Below, piece by piece: positions 1 to 10,548 of a DNA stretch of 64,000 nt (the first letter of the stretch is position 1; each line of letters starts with the position of its first letter). Location of the stretch: the IMG/VR virus record IMGVR_UViG_3300034073_002120; one strand, given 5' to 3'. Under the pieces are notes generated by a model. That model worked only from the letters and a program-made list of their open reading frames with translations, was not told where the DNA came from and did not search any database. Origin of the DNA: a virus. Taxonomy: Duplodnaviria; Caudoviricetes. Position numbers and translations under genes: made by a program.

Positions 1-925
1 CGTTGTATAATAAGTATTGGTTTTTACCTTCGTATGCAACACCTGTATATAAAGATGCACCACTTACTGAACCACTATCTTTTGATGTTCCAATTGTATT
101 ATGAATTGCAGTTGGATTAAGAATAATCAAACCTTGGTCTGGATAAAATAATCCAAAACCTTGTCCATTAGATGAATAGTTACTTGAAACTGTAGCAGCT
201 GCATCTTGTCCTAAGTTTAATGAACCACTTGCAACATAGAATACTCTACCTGCTTTACCGACCGTGTCAGAGAATTTCTTACCACTATCATCGATGAACG
301 TAGATACACCATTAGAACCACTTAATGATAATTGCCAGTTTCCAGCATCCATAGTTTCTTTGTATCTGGCACGTGATACGTTAATAACATAGATGTCTGA
401 TGAATCTAAAAGGTTTTCACCCGATGCGGAATCAAAAGTAAAGAATTGGTCATCTTGTTCTAACAATAAAGAACGATATTGTGCATATGTTGCTTTTGTT
501 GCTAAAGTAGATGTATCTGAATTTCCTAAACTAATTGAACCACTTGCATATTTGTGTCCGTATGCAATTGCAAATTGAACAGATGATGTTGTTGCAGTAT
601 CATATACATTTACATAATAGTTTGAACTATCTGCTGCTGCTTGCGTTGATGATGTGTAGAAAGTTGTTAAACTTCCAGTATCACCACTCCAAAGACCAGT
701 TGTTACAACTTCTACCTTACCTGTAATTTGGTCGAATTCACCAAATCTTTTGTAAATACCCGTTGTAATAGAACCACCTTGTGCTGCTAATTTATCACCA
801 CCAGTTAAGTATTGGTTAATAAGGTTTGTCAATTGTTCCGTAGTAACATTACCATTACTAGCTTGTAAATACGCTGCTAATTCTGATGTTAAATTTACTC
901 CGGCTTGTCCTGTAATTTGTGCCAT
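1..925 (-). CDS. Virion structural protein (tail/baseplate region), runs off the window start
   Basis: Open frame from ATG at 925 (MAQITGQAGVNLTSELAAYLQ...) to the window edge; Ser/Thr/Gly-rich; absent from the ORF track because truncated. Confidence 0.7.
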   Translation of the reverse strand, partial: MAQITGQAGVNLTSELAAYLQASNGNVTTEQLTNLINQYLTGGDKLAAQGGSITTGIYKRFGEFDQITGKVEVVTTGLWSGDTGSLTTFYTSSTQAAADSSNYYVNVYDTATTSSVQFAIAYGHKYASGSISLGNSDTSTLATKATYAQYRSLLLEQDDQFFTFDSASGENLLDSSDIYVINVSRARYKETMDAGNWQLSLSGSNGVSTFIDDSGKKFSDTVGKAGRVFYVASGSLNLGQDAAATVSSNYSSNGQGFGLFYPDQGLIILNPTAIHNTIGTSKDSGSVSGASLYTGVAYEGKNQYLLYN

Positions 926-942
926 ATTTTAATTTCTCCGTT

Positions 943-1566
943 TTATGCTACATATGTTACGGTCACTGGGATAGTTTGAGAACCACCTGTTTCGTTTCCA
1001 TAAACTGTTATAGTTGTCTTAATAGTTTGTGTGATATTTGGGTTAGGAATGAATGAGAATGTTAATCCTCTTTCTACTGCTGCAGTTGTTGTGATTTCAT
1101 CACCTAAGAATACCGGAATAGTACCAGTACCTGCTGCTAAACCACTACCAACAATTGAACCAGCATTTTTATTAGCTAACACAATTGTGTAACCACTTTG
1201 TGTATTACCACTTGGTGAAGTAGTTGGAGTTAAAGAAACTTGACCACTTCTTTGGTTTACTGAAATAGATGGAACACCAAATTCAACTTTTGGTATTTTT
1301 GTAGTTCCTTTTGGTAAAGTAACTAATTTGTATTTTAATACTTGTGTTTCATCTGGAGATGCTTCCGTTACGGGAATTGCTCTAATTGCTGCATCATAAT
1401 ATGCAGAACCTTTTGGATGAGCTGGTTCGTAAAGTGTATAATCGATTTCATCATCACCCAAAGCGAACTTTGTGATGTTTAATCCTTCACCTGATGCTAA
1501 TTTCTCTCTACCTTTTTTTGTAAGAATCGCATCGACCGTAATTTCGGTATTATCTAAATATGCCAT
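943..1566 (-). CDS. Tail-collar/tail-fibre-associated structural protein (DUF3751-like N-terminus)
   Basis: DAILTKKGREKLA...ITKFALGDD resembles the tail-collar fibre N-terminal motif; Ig-like C-terminus. Confidence 0.55.
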   Translation of the reverse strand: MAYLDNTEITVDAILTKKGREKLASGEGLNITKFALGDDEIDYTLYEPAHPKGSAYYDAAIRAIPVTEASPDETQVLKYKLVTLPKGTTKIPKVEFGVPSISVNQRSGQVSLTPTTSPSGNTQSGYTIVLANKNAGSIVGSGLAAGTGTIPVFLGDEITTTAAVERGLTFSFIPNPNITQTIKTTITVYGNETGGSQTIPVTVTYVA

Positions 1567-1590
1567 AATTTAATTTCCTTTTATTTCCTA

Positions 1591-1599
1591 TATAAATAT
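1591..1599 (-). promoter_or_regulatory. Putative late promoter ATATTTATA
   Basis: Same 9-mer on the coding strand upstream of genes at 1591, 6602, 13655, 17484, 32785(+), 34123(+), 48602, 52668, 54535, 56744, 58628. Confidence 0.55.
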
Positions 1600-1618
1600 A
1601 AGTATTCTATAATTTTAA

Positions 1619-4600
1619 TTAATCAACCTCTAAAATTGGTTCGCCACTTCCTCTACCAGTATCAGAAACTCTTAATACATTTGGATTAGTTGTGAATATT
1701 TGAACCGGTGAACCACCTAAAATATTGGTAGTTGCAGTTTGTTTTGAACCATTAAAGTAACTATTTTGTAAACCAGTTGTTAAATCACCAGTGTTTCTAT
1801 AATGTGTTGGAAAGTATCCATTTAATGGTGAAACTTCTACAATATTACCACCAACAATTGGTGCAGATGATTCATTACCATCAGAACCAGTAAATGGTAA
1901 AATCGTAACCTTATGTCTATATTTTGTAACCGATTGTAATTCAGTTCCCAAACTCTTATCTTGGTCATTTATATTAATCGGTGTTTTTTCAGTATAACTT
2001 TCTTTTATTAAATATACTTTACTTCTTTCTTTAATACGATTTCCAAATGAATCTATATAATTTCTTATTGTATTTCCGTTTTCGCCATATAATCCAAATC
2101 CAGCAACACCCATAGAGTTTCTATCTAATCCTACTTGTGTAAATTCTACATTATCATATGCACCTTTTACTGAACCTGTTATTTGAGCATCGATTGTTGA
2201 TGTAATCGTATCATATGTTGATTCAATTAGGGTTTCGGTTGTAGTATCTATCTCACCTTCATATGTTATATATTCCGCAGAAGCAGTAGAAACCAATTCC
2301 GTATTTATTTCTGCAATATAGTTTGAATTTACAGCACTCAATACAACGGATTCAGTAGTAGAAAGCGTTGTTGCAAAATTATTATAAGTTGCAGTAGTTA
2401 AAGTAGTTTCGTTTGTATCAATCGTAGTTTCATATTGATTTAATGAACCAGTTGGTTTGTTCCACTTAACTTTACTTCTTTCTAAAATATGTGGTTCAAT
2501 CAAAAGACCCGATGAAACTTTTGCTCTAGCAGGAACTAATGATTCTAACGTATCAAATAATGATTTATCAATATAACGAACTAATTGAATATACTCATGA
2601 GTATTCAAATTGTAACGTTGGAAATAATAATTTCTCAATTGTGTTAAATCTGAATATGAATCATTATATTCATCTGCAGGATTTCCAATATAATCATCTA
2701 TGTTAAATTCACCCAACGAACGAAGAATATCCATATTGATTTCTTTCATTGGCGAGAAGAATAATCCTAATTTATCCGAATCTATTGCACTTTGGTCATA
2801 TGATTTTTTCGTTGCACGAGATTTATAATTCAAATCACCTGTCAAAGTTTGTGATTCAAAACGGAATTTATTACCATACGTTAAACCAGATGATGGAACG
2901 TTTGCAGTTACACTTCTTTCATATGGAATATAATTATAAGGATATGTCGTATCACTAAAACCAACCGCATGTGCAGATGATGTATAATCCGTAATAATTG
3001 CAACGTTATTTATACTACCGGTTTGACTTAAATCTTTTGGATATTCAAAATCTAAACGGAATAATAAATCAACCGAAGATGCAGAAATATGTGAACCATC
3101 AATCGCATCAGGTAATAAAGTATGATTATTAATACGTGATTCTGAAAGTGGTGCTCTCCATAAACGGAACTCATCAATAGAACCGGTTAAAGTTTGACCA
3201 ATATATAATGTAGAACCACTTCCCCAACTTGTACTTCCGGTAATGTATGAAATAGATGAACTTGCTTGATTTCTAATTCTACCATCAAATCCTTCCTTAA
3301 AATAAACCTCAAATGTTTCGGATGTTGAACCGGTTCTTCTATTTACAACTACGTTAGCATAATCATCTTTGTAGAATGGTATATAATCAGTAGAAGATGC
3401 TGTAATATATCCACCATTTTGAATTTTGAATTCTACTTTAGCTAATGAACCAGTTCCAGGAACTAAATTTAATTCCCAACCACTACCACTAATTAATGAT
3501 TGTGTTGCTTCATTATTTACTGCTGTTAAACGGAATTCAACTGCGTTTGGATAATATCCATTATATGTTTGGAATGGAACTTTTAAGTATGATGATGAAT
3601 CAAACGCCAATGCACAAGTTCTATCATCAAACGTAAATTGAGTAGTTGCAGAACTAGCAGGGTCTTGCGGTCCGCCATACTCCATAATTGTTAATAATGA
3701 AACAGGAATACCATAACAAGCCATTGCTGCATGTAATGCTCTTTTCGTTCCTTTGTGTTTTAACAAATATGGTAAGTTGTTTAGAATTCTTCTCCATATT
3801 TGATGTTGTCTTGCTTTTCCACTCATCGATGTATGAGTAGTACCATCAGTATCTTTACCAAATGCATACTCCCATAGGAATTGTGATTGAACTCCCATAT
3901 CAGCATCCCAACCAAGAGATTCTAACATATGATATATCAATTCATTTCCAATACCATCTTCGTATTTATGTTCTAATTTTTTAGATTGAGAAATGTTTTT
4001 AATATGTGCCCACAAAATATCAAAGTGTTGACCCATCATCGTTAAGAAAAGGGTAAACTCTTCATTGTCTGCATCATTTGTGATATGTGCAGGAATATTA
4101 TTTGTTAATAAGTTTTTATTATTCGAATCATAGGTTTCCGTTTCATCAAGTATTCCATTATACCAACTAATTGCTTGAGAACTTGTTGGATTATATAAAC
4201 TACCAGTGTAATTTACTTTTGGATAGGTGTTTCCATTTTCAGATGAACTAACATATAACCATTTTTCAAATCCATCAAATCCATTTTTTAATTGTTGAAT
4301 TTGACCTTCATATGATTTGATTTCGTTTGAAGAGGCAATACTACCAGAAATAAATGAAGTAGATGAACTTACAAAGTTAATTTTGGTATTGTAACTTTCT
4401 ATTAACTGAATTTTGTAATAAAAGTTTCTAACGCGTTCTTCCGCAGATGAATATTTTACAAAATTTTCCCAATAAATTTCAGAACCGCTTTCGTATTGAA
4501 TATTTAAATTTTCTAATGAATAACCACTAGAACTTACAAATGTATTCACTAAATCAGTTGATGTGGCAGAACCACTTGCAATCAAATCATCTAATAATTG

Positions 4601-6583
4601 ATAGCCAATATCATCGGTTACACTAACATTAAAATTAGGACGTAATTGAGTACATTCACTCTTTAATTCATCAATAATAGTAACTTGTTCTATTATAGGA
4701 ATCGATTGAATTTTAGAAATCCATAATTGTTGGTTTGGTTCTATTTCACGTGGAAGTGGTTCGTATAATTTAAGAACTAATGCTCTTTCTTCTCTACTTT
4801 TACTTCTATTACCAGTAGTTGGGTCTTCGGTATATGTTGAAAACGTTTCTCTATCGATTCCCCACGTTGCTATAAGTTTATTATCACCATCACCCATATG
4901 AATGTAGTGAGTTAAGAATTTAGAAACCTCTTCTCTTAAAATAGTTTCATCCCAACTTTGTTCGAATGCTTTACGAATATCAGCAACAACATTTCCACGC
5001 TGTAATTTAAGGTCACCCTTATCAAACAACATAGATATACGTTCTATCTTACCTTCCGTTAGTTCATCACCTTCTGCGTTAAATGGAATTAATAAGAATT
5101 CAAACTGAATCTTATCAGTATCTTCGTTAAATTGAAGTTTTGCTTTACGCAATACATCACTAACTTTGAATGTTGCTAAACCAGCTGGTGAAAATCTACC
5201 TAATGCATATTCTTTATCGTATTTTGAAACATAAATTTCAACATAGTTGGTATTAATTGATTGCCAACTAATATCGAAATCAACTTCAAATTCTTTGAAA
5301 TCTGCACCTTTAATATTTTGTGGGTAATAGATATTTGTAATATCTGGTCCTGGTAAATAATATTTGTTTACAACGTTAATTGTAACTTTTATCGTTTCAC
5401 CACTTCCTGCTCTATTACTACGAGGTTGTAAGTATAAAACATAATTACCAACTCCGTTATAAAAATCATTTTTATTTAATACAATAGAACCACTATTTGA
5501 AATAATACGTTGGGTAGAACCTAACGAAAATACAACTTCATCCGCGTTAAATGAATTGTATGGAATTTTCAAATCATCATTACCCGAAATATTAAATTCG
5601 AAAGTATTACCTTCGGTTCTTAATGTAGGTGATGATGGTAGTGGTACTGCTTGATTATTATTTTTACTTACAATAATATCTACAATAACATTATCATTAA
5701 CCAAATCAATCGTTTGATTTAACGTATTATTTGTAGTAATATTACCATTTTTATTTATTCTATATGTAACGGAATGTGTTTGAGAATCTAATCCCTTAGA
5801 TGTAAACTGAATATTATTTGCACCATTTGAATTTGGTGAAAAATCTAATTCAGTAGTTCCACGAGTTACTAACCCAACCCTACCATCGGTAGTTCTATAT
5901 TCAACTAAATCGTTTTGATATACATCACCATTTATTGTAATTTTACCTTTAGCAGTAGGTATTGGTTCTACATAAACCGGTGTTGATTTTATATCAAACG
6001 TAAGGTTTGTATTTAATGTAGCCTGTTTATCACCAACTTTAGATTCTAATTTATTTTGTTGAATATATTGGCCATCTATTAATTTTTCTACAATTAATTC
6101 ATAATATGGAAAATATACTACACTTGTATAAACTTTTGGACGTTCTACCTTTTCTCTAATTATAGCACCAGGATTGTTAGGGTCTTGTCTATATGTATAA
6201 TCAATCCTATCATCAAATGGTACAGGCTCTTCAATATCTTTTCTTAATTCTTTATATATTGTATATAATTTATATACATCACCAGATTGTGTACCAGATT
6301 TTTTTACTGAAATAGTTTTTGGTGTAAGTAATTCTTTTTCGGTAAATGTAATAGTAGATGGTGCTAGTTGATTTGTTTCATTACCATCTATAACAATCAT
6401 TCCATCTTTTGGAGTTGATGAAATTGCAACATTTACAAATAAACTTTGACTTTCAGATATAGGAGTTGTAGGGGGAACGTATACAGTTCCACCACCCCCA
6501 CCGCCACCAACATCATTAACGAAGTTGTCCAGGCCGTTCATATTTACATTACCATCTAATCTATTTATTTCTTCTATTGCCAT
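1619..6583 (-). CDS. Large baseplate wedge/tail protein with LamG-like domain
   Basis: 1654 aa; WRRILNNLPYLLKHKGT wedge-type motif; LamG-like GSIDEFRLW segment; structural context. Confidence 0.6.
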   Translation of the reverse strand: MAIEEINRLDGNVNMNGLDNFVNDVGGGGGGGTVYVPPTTPISESQSLFVNVAISSTPKDGMIVIDGNETNQLAPSTITFTEKELLTPKTISVKKSGTQSGDVYKLYTIYKELRKDIEEPVPFDDRIDYTYRQDPNNPGAIIREKVERPKVYTSVVYFPYYELIVEKLIDGQYIQQNKLESKVGDKQATLNTNLTFDIKSTPVYVEPIPTAKGKITINGDVYQNDLVEYRTTDGRVGLVTRGTTELDFSPNSNGANNIQFTSKGLDSQTHSVTYRINKNGNITTNNTLNQTIDLVNDNVIVDIIVSKNNNQAVPLPSSPTLRTEGNTFEFNISGNDDLKIPYNSFNADEVVFSLGSTQRIISNSGSIVLNKNDFYNGVGNYVLYLQPRSNRAGSGETIKVTINVVNKYYLPGPDITNIYYPQNIKGADFKEFEVDFDISWQSINTNYVEIYVSKYDKEYALGRFSPAGLATFKVSDVLRKAKLQFNEDTDKIQFEFLLIPFNAEGDELTEGKIERISMLFDKGDLKLQRGNVVADIRKAFEQSWDETILREEVSKFLTHYIHMGDGDNKLIATWGIDRETFSTYTEDPTTGNRSKSREERALVLKLYEPLPREIEPNQQLWISKIQSIPIIEQVTIIDELKSECTQLRPNFNVSVTDDIGYQLLDDLIASGSATSTDLVNTFVSSSGYSLENLNIQYESGSEIYWENFVKYSSAEERVRNFYYKIQLIESYNTKINFVSSSTSFISGSIASSNEIKSYEGQIQQLKNGFDGFEKWLYVSSSENGNTYPKVNYTGSLYNPTSSQAISWYNGILDETETYDSNNKNLLTNNIPAHITNDADNEEFTLFLTMMGQHFDILWAHIKNISQSKKLEHKYEDGIGNELIYHMLESLGWDADMGVQSQFLWEYAFGKDTDGTTHTSMSGKARQHQIWRRILNNLPYLLKHKGTKRALHAAMACYGIPVSLLTIMEYGGPQDPASSATTQFTFDDRTCALAFDSSSYLKVPFQTYNGYYPNAVEFRLTAVNNEATQSLISGSGWELNLVPGTGSLAKVEFKIQNGGYITASSTDYIPFYKDDYANVVVNRRTGSTSETFEVYFKEGFDGRIRNQASSSISYITGSTSWGSGSTLYIGQTLTGSIDEFRLWRAPLSESRINNHTLLPDAIDGSHISASSVDLLFRLDFEYPKDLSQTGSINNVAIITDYTSSAHAVGFSDTTYPYNYIPYERSVTANVPSSGLTYGNKFRFESQTLTGDLNYKSRATKKSYDQSAIDSDKLGLFFSPMKEINMDILRSLGEFNIDDYIGNPADEYNDSYSDLTQLRNYYFQRYNLNTHEYIQLVRYIDKSLFDTLESLVPARAKVSSGLLIEPHILERSKVKWNKPTGSLNQYETTIDTNETTLTTATYNNFATTLSTTESVVLSAVNSNYIAEINTELVSTASAEYITYEGEIDTTTETLIESTYDTITSTIDAQITGSVKGAYDNVEFTQVGLDRNSMGVAGFGLYGENGNTIRNYIDSFGNRIKERSKVYLIKESYTEKTPININDQDKSLGTELQSVTKYRHKVTILPFTGSDGNESSAPIVGGNIVEVSPLNGYFPTHYRNTGDLTTGLQNSYFNGSKQTATTNILGGSPVQIFTTNPNVLRVSDTGRGSGEPILEVD

Positions 6584-6601
6584 TTAATTATAATCCTCGT
6601 C

Positions 6602-6610
6602 TATAAATAT
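6602..6610 (-). promoter_or_regulatory. Putative late promoter ATATTTATA
   Basis: Motif just upstream of the 1654-aa gene. Confidence 0.55.
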
Positions 6611-6634
6611 AGCTTATTTAATATTGTTACTTTA

Positions 6635-8398
6635 CTACCTTATATTTTGGTATTGATTATCGTTAGTATCCATATAGTTTCCACCATATCCATAGTCTCT
6701 AAAATTATTTGCAGTTTCTCCACCTGAACTTCCACCACTACTTCCTCCATATGATACGGTCGGTTGATAATTTGTAGGAGCTCCACAATCACCAACTTTA
6801 GTAACTGTCCAATTTGGTCCACCGACCGTTATAGTTCCTTCGGCAGCACATAATGTAACGGAACGACCTGGTTCTAATGATGGACCAGTTTGTGGTTGAC
6901 CTGCTGAATTTTTATATTGGAATGAATTTGTAAATCCACTTCCGTATGATGCACCATTATAGTTTTGATTTTGATTTGCTTCATGCGAACCATTATAAAT
7001 TGTATATGAGAATAATTTTAATTCCACTTTTTGTTTTGGTACTTCTCTTACATCTCCACTAAATTCAGGTGTACCTTGATATGTGATAGTTAATGCATCA
7101 TATTCTCTACCAAATACATTTGTAGGTTTTTTACCATCTTTATCAGTAAATGTTATACCACCATTATCTGACCAAACATAGAATGTTTTAGTTGTTGTTT
7201 GTGGTTTATCCGCATATCTACAAGAACCATCATCCTCTGTTGCGTTTGGATTGTAGTTTAGTGAATTCGGGTCCATACATCCTCTAACCTTTTGAATTGG
7301 GTTTGCATCTTGTATAGGTCTATAAACACAACTACCATCATTCTCTACTGCAAGAGGGTTATAATTTAATGCATTAGGGTCAGTACAACCTCTAACTACA
7401 CCTTGTCTATTTCCAATTTCAGTTGAAACGTTTTGATTGTTACTAAGAATTGATTTTAATATTTGTTTAGTTTCATCTAATGTAATTTGTTCGTCTTTAG
7501 AAAGTATATTATCTTCTTGAATATTTCTTTTTGGTAAATAATATTCGATAATTTCTATCAAAGATTGTAATATCGTTTGTTTAATTCTTTCGATTGATAA
7601 TTCAACTGGCATTGGTGATGATAATGGTTTACCATAAGTTACTGATTTTATTGACCAATCCCTATTTTGAATATAATATTTTGTACTTTCAACTAATTTA
7701 GTTTTTATTACATTTATAAATTCTTCCCAATTTATAATATTAAATTCTTTTTGTATAAGTTTTACATAAGTTTCACCTTGCTGGATTGTTCCCTTTTGTG
7801 AAACAAACTTTTGTAAGATATTTTCTACTTTAAGACTTTCAATAAAAGGTTCTATGAAATAAACAGTATCATCTCTAAACTCACCTTCTTTTAAAAAAAT
7901 ATTTACACGAGTATCTAAATCATCAATTACTTTACCATCTTTATCTTTTAAAGGTAAGACACGAATTTCAGTACGAGATGGTGAAATTTCATGTATCCAT
8001 AACTTATCTTTATCTACACTCGCAGAACCTGCTCTTCTATTCAAAAGTGTAGTTTGAGTTTTGAATATACCATTTGCATATCCTGCATCTCTAACTAACT
8101 TTTCAGTATCTATTATATATTCTTTAGCACCATTTGTTTTTTTGTTAGATTTATTTTCACTAAAAATAAAATATTTTGAAATATTTACATCGTCCAAAAA
8201 TATGTATCTAACTTTATCTCCACTTTCACCTTGTGGCAATACATTATCACTTGCATCATATAATACAAATTCAATAGTATCTGCAGTTCCAAGTCCAAAG
8301 TAGGATTTTGCAACTTCTTGTTCAAAAATTGCTCTATCTTTACTATCAACTTTGTAGCCCTTTTTATCAACTACTTCTTTAAATTGAGTTATTGCCAT
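6635..8398 (-). CDS. Virion structural protein with two GCxDPxxxNYNPxAxxxDGSC repeats
   Basis: 587 aa; structural module context; two 21-aa Cys-bracketed repeats. Confidence 0.55.
   Translation of the reverse strand: MAITQFKEVVDKKGYKVDSKDRAIFEQEVAKSYFGLGTADTIEFVLYDASDNVLPQGESGDKVRYIFLDDVNISKYFIFSENKSNKKTNGAKEYIIDTEKLVRDAGYANGIFKTQTTLLNRRAGSASVDKDKLWIHEISPSRTEIRVLPLKDKDGKVIDDLDTRVNIFLKEGEFRDDTVYFIEPFIESLKVENILQKFVSQKGTIQQGETYVKLIQKEFNIINWEEFINVIKTKLVESTKYYIQNRDWSIKSVTYGKPLSSPMPVELSIERIKQTILQSLIEIIEYYLPKRNIQEDNILSKDEQITLDETKQILKSILSNNQNVSTEIGNRQGVVRGCTDPNALNYNPLAVENDGSCVYRPIQDANPIQKVRGCMDPNSLNYNPNATEDDGSCRYADKPQTTTKTFYVWSDNGGITFTDKDGKKPTNVFGREYDALTITYQGTPEFSGDVREVPKQKVELKLFSYTIYNGSHEANQNQNYNGASYGSGFTNSFQYKNSAGQPQTGPSLEPGRSVTLCAAEGTITVGGPNWTVTKVGDCGAPTNYQPTVSYGGSSGGSSGGETANNFRDYGYGGNYMDTNDNQYQNIR
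7220..7390 (-). repeat. Two 21-codon GC-D-P-N-Y-N-P-DGSC repeats
   Basis: GCTDPNALNYNPLAVENDGSC (7328-7390) and GCMDPNSLNYNPNATEDDGSC (7220-7282). Confidence 0.85.
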
Positions 8399-9480
8399 GC
8401 TACGTTTCTTTTACTCATCGTTTTATTATATACATAATAACAATATTGTTTACCAATATTGTGAATTATTTTACCCATCCAATTATCTTTTGGTAATTCA
8501 CCCATCTCATAAGCCATATGTTCTGTCCACGGTCTAACTACTTTGTAAATCCATTTTGTATGTTGTGGTTTTTGTTTCATAAACTTCACCACATTTTTAG
8601 CCCACATCATATATCCTAATACTAATTGAGGGTCTTTCTCCCACATCATATTACCATATCTCTCATCTGCATCCCATATGTGTTCTGGTAAATATCCTTG
8701 AATATATAATTCATTACAAATGATTTTCTTCTTTTTCGTATTAGCCAATTCTGCTTGAGTTTTTGCTGCCTGTGCTGCTGAAGCTGCTGCCTGTGCTTGT
8801 GAAGCCTCAATTTGTGCAGATGCTAATAATTGTTGAGCATTTGTTACTTGGTTTTGTAAATCAATTGTTCTTGTCAGTGCCGATTGTAATTGAGTTTCTA
8901 ATTGTTTTTGTAATTCAGTAAACGTTTGTTTCTCAGCCTGTAAACCTCTAAGTTGTGCTTCTAGTGAAACTCTTTCAATACCTTCTCTAATACCTTTACT
9001 CAATGCATTCTGAAAATCTTGTACTAAGGTTACATATTTTTCATTAGTAATATCTAATTCATTTTCAGCAGATGCACGTAATAAACGTTCAACATCAATT
9101 TGAGTTATTAGATTATTATTTTCAGTAGTTAAACGTTGTATCTCTGCAGTTGCATCACTTAACTCTTTATCTAAATTTCTAACTTGGCCTAAACTACCAC
9201 TATATAATCCTTCTAATCTATCGTATGTTTTTTGAGGAACTACTTTTGGTTGTTCTTTTGGTGTTTGTGGTATAAGTTCATCAACTACAACATCAACTGC
9301 TTTTTTCAGTTCTTCTTCGTTGTATTTTGGTTTTTCTACATAACCACTGGTTTCACCATCAAAATCTTCATTTATTGGTTTGGCATAAAAAGTATGATTA
9401 CCTGAACTATTTTGTGAGGTAATAACTGCAGAACCACTTGATATTAATTCTGATACTCTAAATTCGTTTTGTAATGACAT
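8389..9480 (-). CDS. Coiled-coil structural protein with C-terminal ICxELY...W domain
   Basis: Heptad-rich centre; C-terminal KIICNELYIQG...GYMMWAK domain. Confidence 0.5.
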   Translation of the reverse strand: MSLQNEFRVSELISSGSAVITSQNSSGNHTFYAKPINEDFDGETSGYVEKPKYNEEELKKAVDVVVDELIPQTPKEQPKVVPQKTYDRLEGLYSGSLGQVRNLDKELSDATAEIQRLTTENNNLITQIDVERLLRASAENELDITNEKYVTLVQDFQNALSKGIREGIERVSLEAQLRGLQAEKQTFTELQKQLETQLQSALTRTIDLQNQVTNAQQLLASAQIEASQAQAAASAAQAAKTQAELANTKKKKIICNELYIQGYLPEHIWDADERYGNMMWEKDPQLVLGYMMWAKNVVKFMKQKPQHTKWIYKVVRPWTEHMAYEMGELPKDNWMGKIIHNIGKQYCYYVYNKTMSKRNVAWQ

Positions 9481-9483
9481 ATA

Positions 9484-10548
9484 TTATTTTTCCACTAAAA
9501 AGGTTAAATCTTTATCTGAAAAATATTCGATTTCACCATCTCTATCAATTTTTATTTCGATGTAATATTCTCTATTAGTTTCCCAATTCGTTAAATTTAC
9601 CTTAAAGTAATTACCATTTGAATCACAACTAACTTTTGTGTAATCACCAAATGGAACAACCACTTCATCCGTAACTACATCTTTAATTTGATAATAAGTT
9701 GTAGCAGGTAAATACTTTACATCATTATATGAATAAAGATTGGTATATGTTTTAAGTGGATACTTTTCTCTTGCAAACACTCTTATCTCTGGTTTACTAT
9801 TTACTTTGTATCTAGCTTTTAATCTCTTAAATGTTACATGAATATCATCACTTGTCAATTCAGTTAGTGAACCAGTTGTAAATGTCGAATCATCCCATCC
9901 AATTCTTAGTTTTGGTTGATATATGGTATTTGTTTCTTTTGAAAAGAATTTTAATTGTCCATAATCTAACGTATCATTTTCTAATGAAGATGCATGTTTT
10001 AATATCATACCCTCATTTGGAAAACTACCACTTAACCAAGCTGAAACTAATGGAATAATATTCATCTCAATATCAGAACTTTGGTAATTAAACGATTGTG
10101 ATGCGTAAGAACCAGTGTACCAAACACCACCCTTTCCAGTCAATGAACCAGTTGTTTGTGGATTTAAACTACCAGAATTTTCTAACCAATCATTTTCCGT
10201 ACTTCTATAATTCCAAGTTACACCATCAATTGAAATATCATCAAAACGAGTTCCTATACCCATATCCCAACTTTGAGATATTGCGTATGCATAAATGGTA
10301 TAATCTATTGGTATTTCGTTTGATTCACATTCTTTCAATATCAAATCACATGAACTCATTGTCACATCACCGGATAGCAAAGATGCAGATAAAGCAGTTG
10401 TATCAAATTTAATTAAACTACGTGCAGTATCTTTTAGATTTCCATAATAAACTTTGGAAATTTCTAATATTTCATCCAACCCTGTGTTTTGTTTAGGTTG
10501 TTGTAAATAAATTGTTGCATCTTTTGATGCTGTTATGAATTGATACAT
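9484..10548 (-). CDS. Virion protein with DNRLRE/CBM96-like N-terminal domain
   Basis: ASKDATIY...PKQNTGLDEIL and RSLIKFD pattern; baseplate context. Confidence 0.5.
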   Translation of the reverse strand: MYQFITASKDATIYLQQPKQNTGLDEILEISKVYYGNLKDTARSLIKFDTTALSASLLSGDVTMSSCDLILKECESNEIPIDYTIYAYAISQSWDMGIGTRFDDISIDGVTWNYRSTENDWLENSGSLNPQTTGSLTGKGGVWYTGSYASQSFNYQSSDIEMNIIPLVSAWLSGSFPNEGMILKHASSLENDTLDYGQLKFFSKETNTIYQPKLRIGWDDSTFTTGSLTELTSDDIHVTFKRLKARYKVNSKPEIRVFAREKYPLKTYTNLYSYNDVKYLPATTYYQIKDVVTDEVVVPFGDYTKVSCDSNGNYFKVNLTNWETNREYYIEIKIDRDGEIEYFSDKDLTFLVEK

